A DNA stretch of 64,000 nt from Nitrospirota bacterium (GTDB taxonomy: Bacteria > Nitrospirota > UBA9217): NCBI GenBank assembly GCA_963845065.1, contig CAWJQQ010000001.1, positions 1,056,001 through 1,120,000 on the forward strand. Reading direction: 5' to 3'. The notes below the pieces were generated by a model. The model did no database searches. It had not been told where the DNA came from and saw only the letters and a list, made by a program, of their open reading frames with translations. Both the position numbers and the translations under genes were made by a program. Shown one piece after another: positions 1-11,511 of this stretch (its first letter is position 1; every line of letters starts with the position of its first letter).

Positions 1-1852
<1,852 letters not shown>

Positions 1853-1904
1853 TCGTAGCATAAACGTCTTCGAGAGCTTTTGACAGGGTGGCTATGAAAC
1901 GATC

Positions 1905-1961
1905 AACTAACAAGAGGGTGCAGGCGACGTTTTACAGCGCGCCTGACCCTTGGCGTTACAA
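1905..1961 (+). repeat. Integron attC-like site
   Basis: AACTAAC...GTTACAA outer boxes; AGGGT(G)CAGGCG pairs with CGCCTGACCCT leaving one unpaired base. Confidence 0.65.
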
Positions 1962-2312
1962 TTATCATCCAGGATTCTGCATAGATATTTAGTCAACACG
2001 GACGCATGATCGTAGGTGTTGATCGGATCGACAAGGTCGGTGAAAAAGCGATGAATATTGTTTGAAGTTTACAGTCAAAAGTTCTTCCTAAACTTGCTAT
2101 TTGGAATAAACTAGATAAACGCAAGTTACATCTTGCATTAGGCAATGCTTGCCCCTGTTACATCAAAAGAAGAGATTCATTCAGTTAAAGACAAATGGAA
2201 TATAATTTCTAGACGCCCTAACACCGTGAAATAAGTAGATAGGTTGTTCTTCCTGTTCTTTTCAAACGTCACGACAAAGCTATGCTTCATGTATACAATA
2301 AAGGAGGATACT

Positions 2313-3239
2313 ATGAGCATCGCAATGTTTGTGCTGTCTGCGATGGCTGTCATTGTTATTGGAGTGGTCTGCTTTGTTTACGAGGCGCCTGAGATAGCCA
2401 CCAGCGTTCTCCGCAATGTTGATCGCCACCGATCCGGCCTAGTGCGAAAGGAAATCGATCTGTCTAACGGGCTTCACTACGTGTACCTGGAAGGCGGTAA
2501 GGGCGAGCCCTTGGTACTTCTACACGGCTTCGGCGGCAATAAAGATAACTTCTCGAAGGTGGCACGTTTTCTAACACCGCATTATCGTGTAATCATACCT
2601 GACCACATCGGTTTCGGTGAATCCTCGCATCCGCAAGAAGTGGACTACGCACCACCCGCTCAGGTAGAACGATTGCAGGCTTTTGCCCATGCCTTGGGTA
2701 TCGACCATCTGCATCTCGGCGGCAGCTCCATGGGCGGCCAAATCGCGATGACCTACGCGGCCCTTTACCCTGCTAAGGTCGTTAGTCTCTGGTTGCTCGA
2801 TCCGGGCGGCGTTTGGAGTGCGCCCAAGAGTGAACTTTTCAAGATTATTACAGAGACAGGGCGTAGTCCGCTGATGGTCAAAAATGAAGACGAGTTCGTG
2901 CAATTTATTAAATTTTTGTGGTCCAAACCGCCGTTCATTCCAAGGCCCATCTTAAATGTGATGGCGCAGGAGCGCATCAGAAATTATGATCTGATGAAGC
3001 GAATTGGCAAACAGATTATCTCTGATTCCGTGGAAAAAAGAGTCAACGGCCTACTTACCCCCGCGTTAATTGTCTGGGGCGATAAGGACCGCGTACTTAA
3101 CTTTGCATCTGCCGAAATTCTCAATAACCTCATGCCGCACTCGCATGTCATCATAATGCCGGATATTGGCCATGTACCAATGATGGAAAAGCCACAGCAG
3201 AGTGCTGAAGATTACCTGAGGTTTCGAGTGTCCTTATAG
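2313..3239 (+). CDS. Alpha/beta hydrolase (lipase/esterase)
   Basis: LHGFGG, GSSMGG nucleophile elbow, WGDKD, GHVPM; AAGGAGG RBS before ATG 2313; hydrophobic N-terminus. Confidence 0.9.
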   Translation: MSIAMFVLSAMAVIVIGVVCFVYEAPEIATSVLRNVDRHRSGLVRKEIDLSNGLHYVYLEGGKGEPLVLLHGFGGNKDNFSKVARFLTPHYRVIIPDHIGFGESSHPQEVDYAPPAQVERLQAFAHALGIDHLHLGGSSMGGQIAMTYAALYPAKVVSLWLLDPGGVWSAPKSELFKIITETGRSPLMVKNEDEFVQFIKFLWSKPPFIPRPILNVMAQERIRNYDLMKRIGKQIISDSVEKRVNGLLTPALIVWGDKDRVLNFASAEILNNLMPHSHVIIMPDIGHVPMMEKPQQSAEDYLRFRVSL

Positions 3240-3818
3240 TCACGTGAGCCGGGCAGAGTTGAGAAAACTGACAATAAGAGCTAACCATTCGGGATGACCG
3301 ATTGAACCGCCCACCTGACCAGCTCACGTGCAATTTTTAACTAATTTTTCTACACCACCTATTTATCGGTCGCCGTTGCAGGCTAGATCGACGTAACTCT
3401 ACGCCGATGTTGACAGAACGAGTGGGTGGCTGTTAAATAAAATGCTCCGATTAGAGTAAAAGCAATATTATACACGAAGCACCCCAGGGTAGCTCTTGAC
3501 AAAACCCTATTCATGGGAGGTGGTAATGAGATAGACATTTTTTTTAAGGAGGTGTAGAATTACATTTAAAGCATGCAGTGCAGCATTCTTCCCGTATCAG
3601 TTGAAAGTTGCGGTTTTATGAAAATTCATGGTTCATCCCGCATTCGATAAGCGGCTCATCTATTAATAGGGTGGAGATAGAGCGCTATAAACTCGTGAGT
3701 CCCTACCCACAGCCTATGAGGCAGCTGCAGACGGTGGAGTACATCCCACTGCCCAAGTTTACCTTCGGCGGACTGTTTAGTCCTGAGATGGAATCCACTT
3801 CATTCATAAAATGTTTTT

Positions 3819-4427
3819 ATGTTAGAGCCTGTCATTCACTGGACAACGCACTGGATTAAGGTACATGGCTACGGCGTCATATTCGGACTCTATGCTGTAG
3901 GCATTATTGGCATTCCTTTGCCGAACGATTGGCTACTCGCCTATCTCGGTCATCTCATTTACAACGGCAAACTCCTTCTTATACCCACGGTTACGGCTGC
4001 GGTTCTCGGCTGCGTATGCGGTGCAACATTTAACTACGCACTAGGCAGAACCTTGGGACTCTACCTTGTCAAAAAATTCGGCGCTTTTGTTCGCCTGACC
4101 CCGGAAAAGATGGATAAGATGCATGAGTGGTTTGAACATTCAGGCAGGTGGGGGCTGTTGTTCGGTTACTTCCTGCCCGGTGTGCGGCATTTGACTGTAC
4201 TGGTCGCGGGAACGTCCAAGATGACTTTCTCTGAATTCGCCTTTTTTGGGTACGGAGGTGCATTTATTTGGTCGTGTACTTTTATATTCCTCGGCTACTT
4301 TTTTGAAGAAGAATGGTCCAAGCATACAAAAAATATCCATCATATTCTTGAGATCGTCTCGGTAGCAGCGATAGTTCTTATTGTGTTTTATCTGCTATGG
4401 AAGAAGAGAAAACAAAAGATTGTTTAA
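3819..4427 (+). CDS. DedA family membrane protein
   Basis: GIPLPND, YALGRTLG, GYFLPGVRH motifs; multiple hydrophobic segments. Confidence 0.9.
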   Translation: MLEPVIHWTTHWIKVHGYGVIFGLYAVGIIGIPLPNDWLLAYLGHLIYNGKLLLIPTVTAAVLGCVCGATFNYALGRTLGLYLVKKFGAFVRLTPEKMDKMHEWFEHSGRWGLLFGYFLPGVRHLTVLVAGTSKMTFSEFAFFGYGGAFIWSCTFIFLGYFFEEEWSKHTKNIHHILEIVSVAAIVLIVFYLLWKKRKQKIV

Positions 4428-5299
4428 TTATTGCATTGATCGGAAAGCGCTCAAAAATCTATCTGAGGAAGAGCGGAAAAAGAAAGAGTCACGACTCATA
4501 TGACCGCGAAATAGTCGAGAAAGACTTCGTGCAAAATCTGAAGAAGACAGCGAAAGAAAATTTATGGATATAATCGTTTGATGCTGCCTATTAAAGAGAT
4601 GCTGAGTGCATCCCGAAGCACGCATATTTCCCGTGCTTAATGGATGTGTAGAAAAACAACCTGATTTTTTGCATAGAGCTTGTTCGTATGCATGGGAAAC
4701 CAAGCATATCGAATACTAGGAAGCTGTACCTCGATATCAGTTGTTCTTCACTAGTCATCACTTCTTGCCATCGTATCAGTTGCTTCATATTTATATTGTC
4801 TTTAAAAGTTAAAATAATCCGACGGCGGTGTATTTGTTCCAACGGGTTGTTGACCGACTTTGCTATGACGACCGGATACAGCTTTCCAATATTTTTAATT
4901 TACCAAACTATCCGCAGAAAGCCCCTGGTTTTAACCATGGGGATGAATGCGGGAATTTTGTTTTTCAGCAATTGCTGAACAAATGTATATCTATATGGTA
5001 TAGTTGAGCAATCAATGCCAGATAAACTTAAAACTCCTACATTTATCCACGAGTTTCAACTCGTAACAACCCCAAAAGACAATCGAATGCTTAATGTCCG
5101 ACTCGAAGCTGGTCGTTATCTATATAATGCCTGTCTTGGTGAAGCGATGAAACGTCTTGCCGCCATGCGTAGCTCTAAAAAATGGCGTTCAGCGATTAAG
5201 AAGAAAAAGAGCAGGCTACGCACTGATATGGTTGACAGTTGTCAAGAGGGAAAATAGTCTCCTGCCCCTTTTTTAAGGGTTCATAGTTTAAGTATAATT

Positions 5300-5489
5300 C
5301 CAGGGCATAAGGAGGGACGGGGCCGACTTGTGCGACGTTTGATCACTCTGATATTCGCGGGTTTGACCGCAAGACCTTTCTTCGTCGCGGAGCTGCCTCG
5401 CTCTAAAAGCGGAAGTTCGGCATTGCCTTATTCCATAGTGCGGACGAGGATTCTCCGTAAACGTGGCCGCGTCCCCGCTTATGCCTTGG
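5300..5489 (-). ncRNA. Predicted bridge RNA (seekRNA-type) of the IS1111 element
   Basis: Outer stem 5300-5327/5463-5489 encloses two stem-internal loop-stem arms whose loops match the target (CTAAAA, TAGTGCG) and the donor junction (TCTGATAT, AGAC). Confidence 0.8.
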
Positions 5490-5723
5490 AGATTGTTTGA
5501 TGTTAGCTGGCGTCCTCCTTTGGTTTTTTACTTTAGTCGTTTTCGTTTCCGCTTCCGGGCGTCTTCAAATTTTCGATTCTGTTCTTTGAAAAATCTCGAT
5601 GCTCCCGTTTTTACCTTTGAGGATCGATTTATTCTTTCACAAATGCCCCAGGATTGATTTTCCAGAGGCGGTCCATACTGAGAGACCCCCTCAAGTTTTG
5701 TGTGACGCCTTGTTCTTTCATCT

Positions 5724-6836
5724 TTATGCGCTCTGAGGATTCACTTCCCGGGCAATTGCCCATATGAACCCGCACAATTCTCTGGCGATAGCTGTTACCA
5801 CCTTGTTTCTAGACTTCCCTTTGGCCGTAAGCTTACGGAATCGTCCGCAGAGCCGCACTTGGGCTTTCCAAGAGACGTCGAGAATGTTTTTCGGCAACCC
5901 CTCTTGTCGTTTGAGGAGCACTCGGCTGACTCGGGCTGGGAAACTGTAAGCTTGAGCCGCTTCGATTAACGCGCGTCTAACGTGAGTGTTTCCGGTTTTG
6001 GTGATGCCCCCTCGTCTGGTGCTGTCTCCGCTGGAGTACTCGGAGGGAACCAGCCCTAGATATCCCATAAGATGCTTGGGATTTTTAAAACGGCCCAAGT
6101 CTCCAATCTCAGCCATGGTGGTCGCAGCAGTTACATCCGCTACACCGCGTAGCGATTGGATTGCACGTACGACAGGGGCCGTTCGGCATGTTGGAATGAG
6201 CTTTTGAATCTGCTCCGTTAGCCGGGAAACACGCGCAGAGCATTCCTGCACAGTGTTGATGTACTCTTGCAGCGTGATCTGCTGAGCAGGGTGTGGCATC
6301 TTGATGTCCGACAGCCAGCGCATGTGGGCCTGGGTCCATGCGGTTTCCCCAGAGTATCGGTGTCCGTGCCGCAGAAGCATCGCGCCTAATCGCTGCCGAG
6401 CGGTGCGCTGGGCCTTGATTGCGTCTTCGCGGCCACGTGTCAGGTCTCGCATGGCTTCATCTTCTTCCTGGGGTACGTAAACAGGGGTCAGTTCTCCAGC
6501 CCGATACAGCCTTGCAAGACTTTGCGCGTCACGACGATCGGTTTTGACGCGATCGCCGCTTTTCTTGGGGATCAGCGAGGGTGCCACAACCGTGCATTTG
6601 TAACCTTTTTTGGTCAGATGGCGGTATATTTCATAACCGCATGGGCCGGCTTCATAGACAAAGTGCAGTTCCGTTCCTTTGCTTTCAAGCTTTCTAACCA
6701 TTTTGTCCAATGACGACATGTCACTGCCAATCTTACCGTAGTAGCGAACCTCTTGATTGTCGTCGGTGTCTGCTGTTGCCACTGCTATTGAGTTTTTTGC
6801 TGAATCGAGACCTACTATTGTGATAGAATTCTTCAT
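5724..6836 (-). CDS. IS110-family DEDD recombinase/transposase
   Basis: GLDSAK, YEAGP, KTDRRDA acidic tetrad; GLVPSEYSSG serine motif; GITKTGN; AAGGAG RBS before ATG at 6836. Confidence 0.95.
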   Translation of the reverse strand: MKNSITIVGLDSAKNSIAVATADTDDNQEVRYYGKIGSDMSSLDKMVRKLESKGTELHFVYEAGPCGYEIYRHLTKKGYKCTVVAPSLIPKKSGDRVKTDRRDAQSLARLYRAGELTPVYVPQEEDEAMRDLTRGREDAIKAQRTARQRLGAMLLRHGHRYSGETAWTQAHMRWLSDIKMPHPAQQITLQEYINTVQECSARVSRLTEQIQKLIPTCRTAPVVRAIQSLRGVADVTAATTMAEIGDLGRFKNPKHLMGYLGLVPSEYSSGDSTRRGGITKTGNTHVRRALIEAAQAYSFPARVSRVLLKRQEGLPKNILDVSWKAQVRLCGRFRKLTAKGKSRNKVVTAIARELCGFIWAIAREVNPQSA

Positions 6837-8479
6837 GACCTGTCTCCTTGTTTGTGGCTCTGTATTTGGATACCTATTCCATCCAAGTATAACCCACGGT
6901 GACAAGGGGCAGGTCACTTTTCCAACTGTCAACCATTATGTCTAAAATGTTCAAGACAGCCAGAAACATAGCTGAATATACCGAATACCATCTCCATGAT
7001 TATGTCGGGAGCCTCCGCAATTCGTGTTGGATCGGAGACCATATTGACAGCCTGGCCGCCCAAAAGATAGCGACCAGGGCGTTTGATGCCGTTGCTGACT
7101 ACGAGTTCGGCAAGCATGGGAAACCACGGTTCAAGCGTCGCGGCTGGATGTCTTCGCTCGAAGGCAAAAACAACAAGTCTGGTATTCGGTGGTGCGATGA
7201 CCATGTTGAATGGTCTGGACTTAGCCTTACCTGTGTCTTCGACAAAAAAGACAAGTTTGGCGTTCAGGCACATGCGCTTAGCCATGATGTTAAATATGTT
7301 CGTTTGGTGAAGAAAGCCATCTGCGGTAACGCCTGCTGGTTCGCCCAACTCGTGCTTAAAGGCACGGCCAGGATCAAGCGTGAAAATATGATCGGCACCG
7401 AAACGGTCGGCCTTGATATTGGTCCCTCCACGGGTGCTATCGTTAGCGATACCGATGCGTTGCTCGTAGCATTTTGTCCGGAAGTCGAGATTCCGTACAA
7501 ACAAATCCGCGTGGTTCAGCGTAAGATGGCCAGAAGCCTGAAGGCTGCCAACCCAGACAACTACAACGAAGACGGCACGGCTAAGACCGGTGCCGGCAAG
7601 GGTAAAAAGCGGTGGATATTCTCTGCTCAATACCGTGCGCTTAAGGCTGAACTAGCCGAGCTACAGCGAGTTTTGGCTGAAACCAGAAAACGGGCTCATG
7701 GCACGTTAGCCAATGAAATTCTTAAGCTCGGAACCAACATAAAGACCGAGAAACTGTCGTACAGAGCATTCCAGAAACTCTATGGTAAAAGTATTTCAAG
7801 ACGCGCTCCGGGGATGTTTATTTCGATGCTTCGCCGCAAAGCCGAAAACGCTGGCGGTAAAGTAACTGAATTTTCTACCCGGAGCACGAAGCTTTCAGAG
7901 ACATGCCACTGCGGGGAAGTAGCCAAAAAACCGCTATCCCAAAGATGGCATGACTGTAACTGCGGGGTAAACGCTCAACGCGATCTCTACTCCGCATATC
8001 TTGCAAAATATGTTTTTGAAAATGTCCTCGACACGCGCCAGGCTTTAGCAGCTTGGCCGGGTGCAAACCTGCTCCTGGAACGGGCGGTGTTGAGGGTGCA
8101 GTTTGAAGCGGCAAATGGTCGGATTCATCCGGCCAGCTTCGGTATTAACAACATGAGAGCCAACACCACGAACCGGAGACAGAGTTGCTTGCCCGTTAAA
8201 AACGGATCAACGATAGTCGATGCCGGCAACGTCTGTATTGTTGCCGAAAAGCCTGTCGGTATTGCCGTTAGAACCCCCTGTCTTTAGATATGGGGTAGGT
8301 CAGCTAAGCCGCATGATGTACGCTCGAATCACGATATTAACGCCATGCTAATATCAAAAAGAGCGGGCAGATGTGCTAACATTCTTTTGTGGTTGAGGGC
8401 AGCACGCAGTCTGTTGGTTAAGGTATAATCGTTTTTGTGTGAAAAGACACCACAAGGCTTGGACTAGCCATTTTTATCC

Positions 8480-8508
8480 TTGACAAACTCCCTGAAATTT
8501 CATAAAAT
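8480..8508 (+). promoter_or_regulatory. Sigma70 promoter for tRNA-Val/thrS
   Basis: TTGACA-N17-TAAAAT. Confidence 0.75.
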
Positions 8509-8532
8509 TCGCTCTTGTTACGAAACAATAAT

Positions 8533-8607
8533 AGGCTCGTAGCTCAGGGGGAGAGCGCTACCTTGACACGGTAGAGGTCGGCGGTTCGATACCGCCCGGG
8601 CCTACCA
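8533..8607 (+). tRNA. tRNA-Val(GAC)
   Basis: Cloverleaf; anticodon arm CTACC-TTGACAC-GGTAG; GGTTCGA T-loop; encoded CCA. Confidence 0.96.
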
Positions 8608-8637
8608 TGCTTTAATTACAACTATGTTATTTAACTT

Positions 8638-10578
8638 ATGAGTGAAATACAACTCAGGCTACCTGACGGTCAGGTCAAAAAGTATGCCTCTGGCATCACC
8701 GGTCAGGAAGTTGCCGAGAAAATCGGCTCTCGCCTCGCTAAAGACGCGCTTGCCATAAAAATAGATGGTCAACTTCTGGATCTGAATATCCCGGTTGAAC
8801 AAAATGCCGCGATTGAGATTATGACTTTTGACGCTTTGGAAGGCCGCGATGTGTACTGGCACAGTACTTCGCACCTCATGGCGCAGGCGGTCAAACAGCT
8901 CTTCCCGCAGGCAAAGCTCGCCATAGGTCCTGCGATTGAAGAAGGGTTCTATTACGACTTTGATCTCGAACGTCCTTTTACGCCCGAAGATCTTGAAAAA
9001 ATAGAAAAACGGATGGCCGAACTGTCCAAAGCTGCTTTGCCGATTAGAAGAAAAGATCTTTCCAAGGCAGATGCCTTGTCGTTCTTTCAAAAATTAGGTG
9101 AGACGTACAAGGTCGAGCTAATCAGCGATTTGTCAGACGGTACGATATCGATCTACGAACAGGCGGAATTCGCCGATCTTTGCCGTGGTCCCCATGTCTT
9201 GTCCACGGCAAAGATAAAGGCATTCAAGCTGCTCTCCATTGCCGGAGCTTACTGGCGCGGCAATGAGAAAAACAAGATGCTCCAGCGGATCTACGGCATT
9301 TCGTTTCCGAACAAGGAAGCTTTGGATGCTTATGTGACGAGACTTGAGGAGATCAAGCGACGCGATCATCGAAAACTTGGCAAAGACCTTGATCTTTTCT
9401 CTGTATCCGAGGATGTGGGTGGCGGCCTGGTCCTATGGCACCCGCGGGGAGCACTCATCCGAAAGACCATCGAGGACTTCTGGCGCGACGAGCATCAGAA
9501 AAACGGCTACGATTTTGTATATTCTCCTCATGTCGGCCGCGGGGCCTTGTGGGAAACCTCGGGACATCTTGGCTTTTATCGGGAGAACATGTATTCTTCC
9601 ATGGATGTAGAAGGACAGGAATATTATGTGAAGCCGATGAACTGTCCGTTCCATATAATGATCTACAAGAATAAGCTCCGTTCCTACCGCGAATTACCGT
9701 TGCGGTATGCTGAGCTCGGTACAGTTTACCGATTCGAGCGTTCCGGCGTACTGCACGGACTACTTCGAGTCCGCGGCTTCACCCAGGACGATGCACACAT
9801 TTTCGTGGCGCCCGAGAATATGGAAGCAGAGGTAATCCGGGTGCTTGACTTCGTCGTAAAGATGTTACGGACATTCGGGTTCGAGGATTTTAAAGCCTAC
9901 ATCGCAACACGACCGGAAAAGTCCGTGGGCAATATTGTCTTGTGGGAACAGGCAACGCAGGCCCTCAAGGTCGCCGCTGAAAAGACGAGTCTCGAATACG
10001 AGATCGACGAAGGTGGTGGCGCGTTCTACGGTCCCAAGATCGATATCAAGATCAAGGATGCCTTGGGAAGGCTCTGGCAGTGCTCGACGGTACAGTTCGA
10101 TTTCAACGAGCCAGAGCGGTTCGGCATGGCTTTTATCGGTGTTGACAATCAGGCTCACCAGCCCTATATGATCCACCGGGCTCTTCTGGGATCTATCGAA
10201 CGGTTCTTCGGCATGCTGATAGAACATTACGCTGGTGCGTTTCCGGTCTGGCTTGCGCCAGTGCAGGCAAAGGTGATTTCAATTACGGACAAGCAGTTTG
10301 ACTATGCCAGGGGAGTGCGGGAACAGTTGCTTTCCGCAGGGATCAGGGTGGAACTAGACACTCGTTCAGAGAAGATAGGGTTCAAGATCCGCGAGGCCGC
10401 GATGGAAAAAATTCCCTACATCCTCGTCGTTGGAGACAAGGAAGTGCAGGAGGGAGCAGTTGCTGTTCGCGAGCGGGGTGGTAAAGACCTCGGTGTCATG
10501 AAACTTGCGCAATTTATCGGCGCAGTGAAAAAGCTTATTCAAGATAAAAGTATTTCAACCGATTTAACAAGGGGGTGA
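8638..10578 (+). CDS. thrS: Threonyl-tRNA synthetase
   Basis: TGS domain, DLCRGPH, RDHRKLG, KPMNCP, GLLRVRGFTQDDAH. Confidence 0.99.
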   Translation: MSEIQLRLPDGQVKKYASGITGQEVAEKIGSRLAKDALAIKIDGQLLDLNIPVEQNAAIEIMTFDALEGRDVYWHSTSHLMAQAVKQLFPQAKLAIGPAIEEGFYYDFDLERPFTPEDLEKIEKRMAELSKAALPIRRKDLSKADALSFFQKLGETYKVELISDLSDGTISIYEQAEFADLCRGPHVLSTAKIKAFKLLSIAGAYWRGNEKNKMLQRIYGISFPNKEALDAYVTRLEEIKRRDHRKLGKDLDLFSVSEDVGGGLVLWHPRGALIRKTIEDFWRDEHQKNGYDFVYSPHVGRGALWETSGHLGFYRENMYSSMDVEGQEYYVKPMNCPFHIMIYKNKLRSYRELPLRYAELGTVYRFERSGVLHGLLRVRGFTQDDAHIFVAPENMEAEVIRVLDFVVKMLRTFGFEDFKAYIATRPEKSVGNIVLWEQATQALKVAAEKTSLEYEIDEGGGAFYGPKIDIKIKDALGRLWQCSTVQFDFNEPERFGMAFIGVDNQAHQPYMIHRALLGSIERFFGMLIEHYAGAFPVWLAPVQAKVISITDKQFDYARGVREQLLSAGIRVELDTRSEKIGFKIREAAMEKIPYILVVGDKEVQEGAVAVRERGGKDLGVMKLAQFIGAVKKLIQDKSISTDLTRG

Positions 10579-10584
10579 TCGTTT

Positions 10585-11106
10585 ATCGCTAAAATTACGA
10601 CAAGAATCAATTACATGATCAAGTTGAAAGAAGTTCGGGTCATAAATTCCGATGGAGAGCAGCTAGGGGTCCTGGATACCCGGGAAGCGATCAAAAGGGC
10701 GGAGGAACAGGGGCTTGACCTGGTCGAAGTAGCACCAACGGCAAAACCACCGGTCTGCCGTATCATGGACTTCGGTAAGTATAAATACGAGATGGCCAAA
10801 AAGGCAGCAGAATCTAGGAAACACCAGACTGTCATCGTTGTAAAGGAAATCAAGTTAAGACCTCGGACTGACGACCATGACGTCAACTTCAAGATGAATA
10901 ACATCAAGCGTTTCCTTGAAGACGGCAACAAGGTGAAAGTCACAGTTATGTTCCGGGGCAGGGAAATGGCCCATATCGACCACGGCAGGGCGGTATTAGA
11001 ACGCATCGTGAACGAACTGCAGAATGATGCCATCATTGAGCAGCCGCCTCGCTTGGAAGGCAGGAACATGACCTTGTTGCTCGGCGCAAAGGCAAAGACG
11101 GCGTAA
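10585..11106 (+). CDS. infC: Translation initiation factor IF-3 (probable ATC start)
   Basis: EVRVI, LDLVEVAP..PPVCRIMDFGK, MFRGRE; in-frame ATC at 10585 after a GGGGGTGA SD. Confidence 0.97.
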   Translation: MAKITTRINYMIKLKEVRVINSDGEQLGVLDTREAIKRAEEQGLDLVEVAPTAKPPVCRIMDFGKYKYEMAKKAAESRKHQTVIVVKEIKLRPRTDDHDVNFKMNNIKRFLEDGNKVKVTVMFRGREMAHIDHGRAVLERIVNELQNDAIIEQPPRLEGRNMTLLLGAKAKTA

Positions 11107-11222
11107 CAACAACATGTGATTCAAGAATCTTACTATCTTTCGATGATTCTGCGGAGGTAGGCTGTCTCCGCTGTCCATATAAACAGCAGCATAAACTTAG
11201 GATTTTGGAAGGGGAATGAATT

Positions 11223-11432
11223 ATGGCAAAGATCAAACTGAAGACCAATCGGAGCGCCGCCAAGCGGCTTAAAGTAACAGGTACAGGCAAGATCACCAGG
11301 CGTAAGGGCTGGAAGGGCCATCTGTTGAACGGCAAGAATGCCACGCGCAAGAGAAGGCTAACCGGAGATTTTGAAGTTGATAAGGACAATATAAAGAACA
11401 TTAAGCGGATGATCCCGTACGGACTGAAGTAG
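11223..11432 (+). CDS. rpmI: 50S ribosomal protein L35
   Basis: KLKTNRSAAKR..VTGTGK; position in the infC-rpmI-rplT operon. Confidence 0.97.
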   Translation: MAKIKLKTNRSAAKRLKVTGTGKITRRKGWKGHLLNGKNATRKRRLTGDFEVDKDNIKNIKRMIPYGLK

Positions 11433-11511
11433 ATTATAATTTGCAACATTCAACGTATTAATTGCTGAGAACTGTGAACTATGAGTTATGAACTGAGGAG
11501 GTTTTAAAACT

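Larger units (their letters stand above)
5225..6943 (-). mobile_element. IS110 family, IS1111-type insertion sequence (1719 bp)
   Basis: Perfect 14-bp subterminal IRs ATGGTTGACAGTTG (5228-5241) and CAACTGTCAACCAT (6923-6936), 3 and 7 bp from the ends; CT core at both junctions; DEDD recombinase; long 3' noncoding end. Confidence 0.93.
5015..8287 (+). pseudogene. tnpB: TnpB split by IS110 insertion (5015-5224 + 6944-8287; 517 aa if rejoined)
   Basis: Both parts align to the intact TnpBs at 26177 and 45506; RuvC GLDIGP, KTEKL, QRDLYSA and CHC..CNC zinc finger intact; removing 5225-6943 restores the frame (LRT|KMF). Confidence 0.92.
4905..8303 (+). mobile_element. IS200/IS605-family (IS1341-like, tnpB-only) element interrupted by an IS110 element; left boundary approximate
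   Basis: Left-end hairpin CCCCTGGTTTTAACCATGGGG (4922-4942); right-end hairpin CCCCTGTCTTTAGATATGGGG ending TCAG (8300-8303); tnpB inside, no tnpA. Confidence 0.85.

Noticed and set aside
3608..3859. 83-aa ORF or structured RNA upstream of dedA
   Set aside because: No recognisable family, RBS or riboswitch consensus
4428..4900. Short ORFs between dedA and the IS605 left end
   Set aside because: Look like decayed coding DNA but cannot be assigned
4911..4922. Bridge RNA programmed against IS605 left ends (TCCGCAGAAAGC resembles predicted TCCGCA-CT-AAAAGC)
   Set aside because: Lacks the CT core and correct spacing, and the real insertion is 300 bp away; may be chance
5293..5298. Plus-strand TATAAT just before the bridge RNA stem, suggesting plus-strand transcription
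   Set aside because: No good -35, and guide order fits the minus strand; antisense transcription is not excluded
8304..8420. Possible older TnpB C-terminal relic (HDINA...KRAG)
   Set aside because: Too short and degenerate to support
11140..11175. L20 leader before rpmI
   Set aside because: Only a simple hairpin (GCGGAG/CTCCGC); cannot confirm the family by eye
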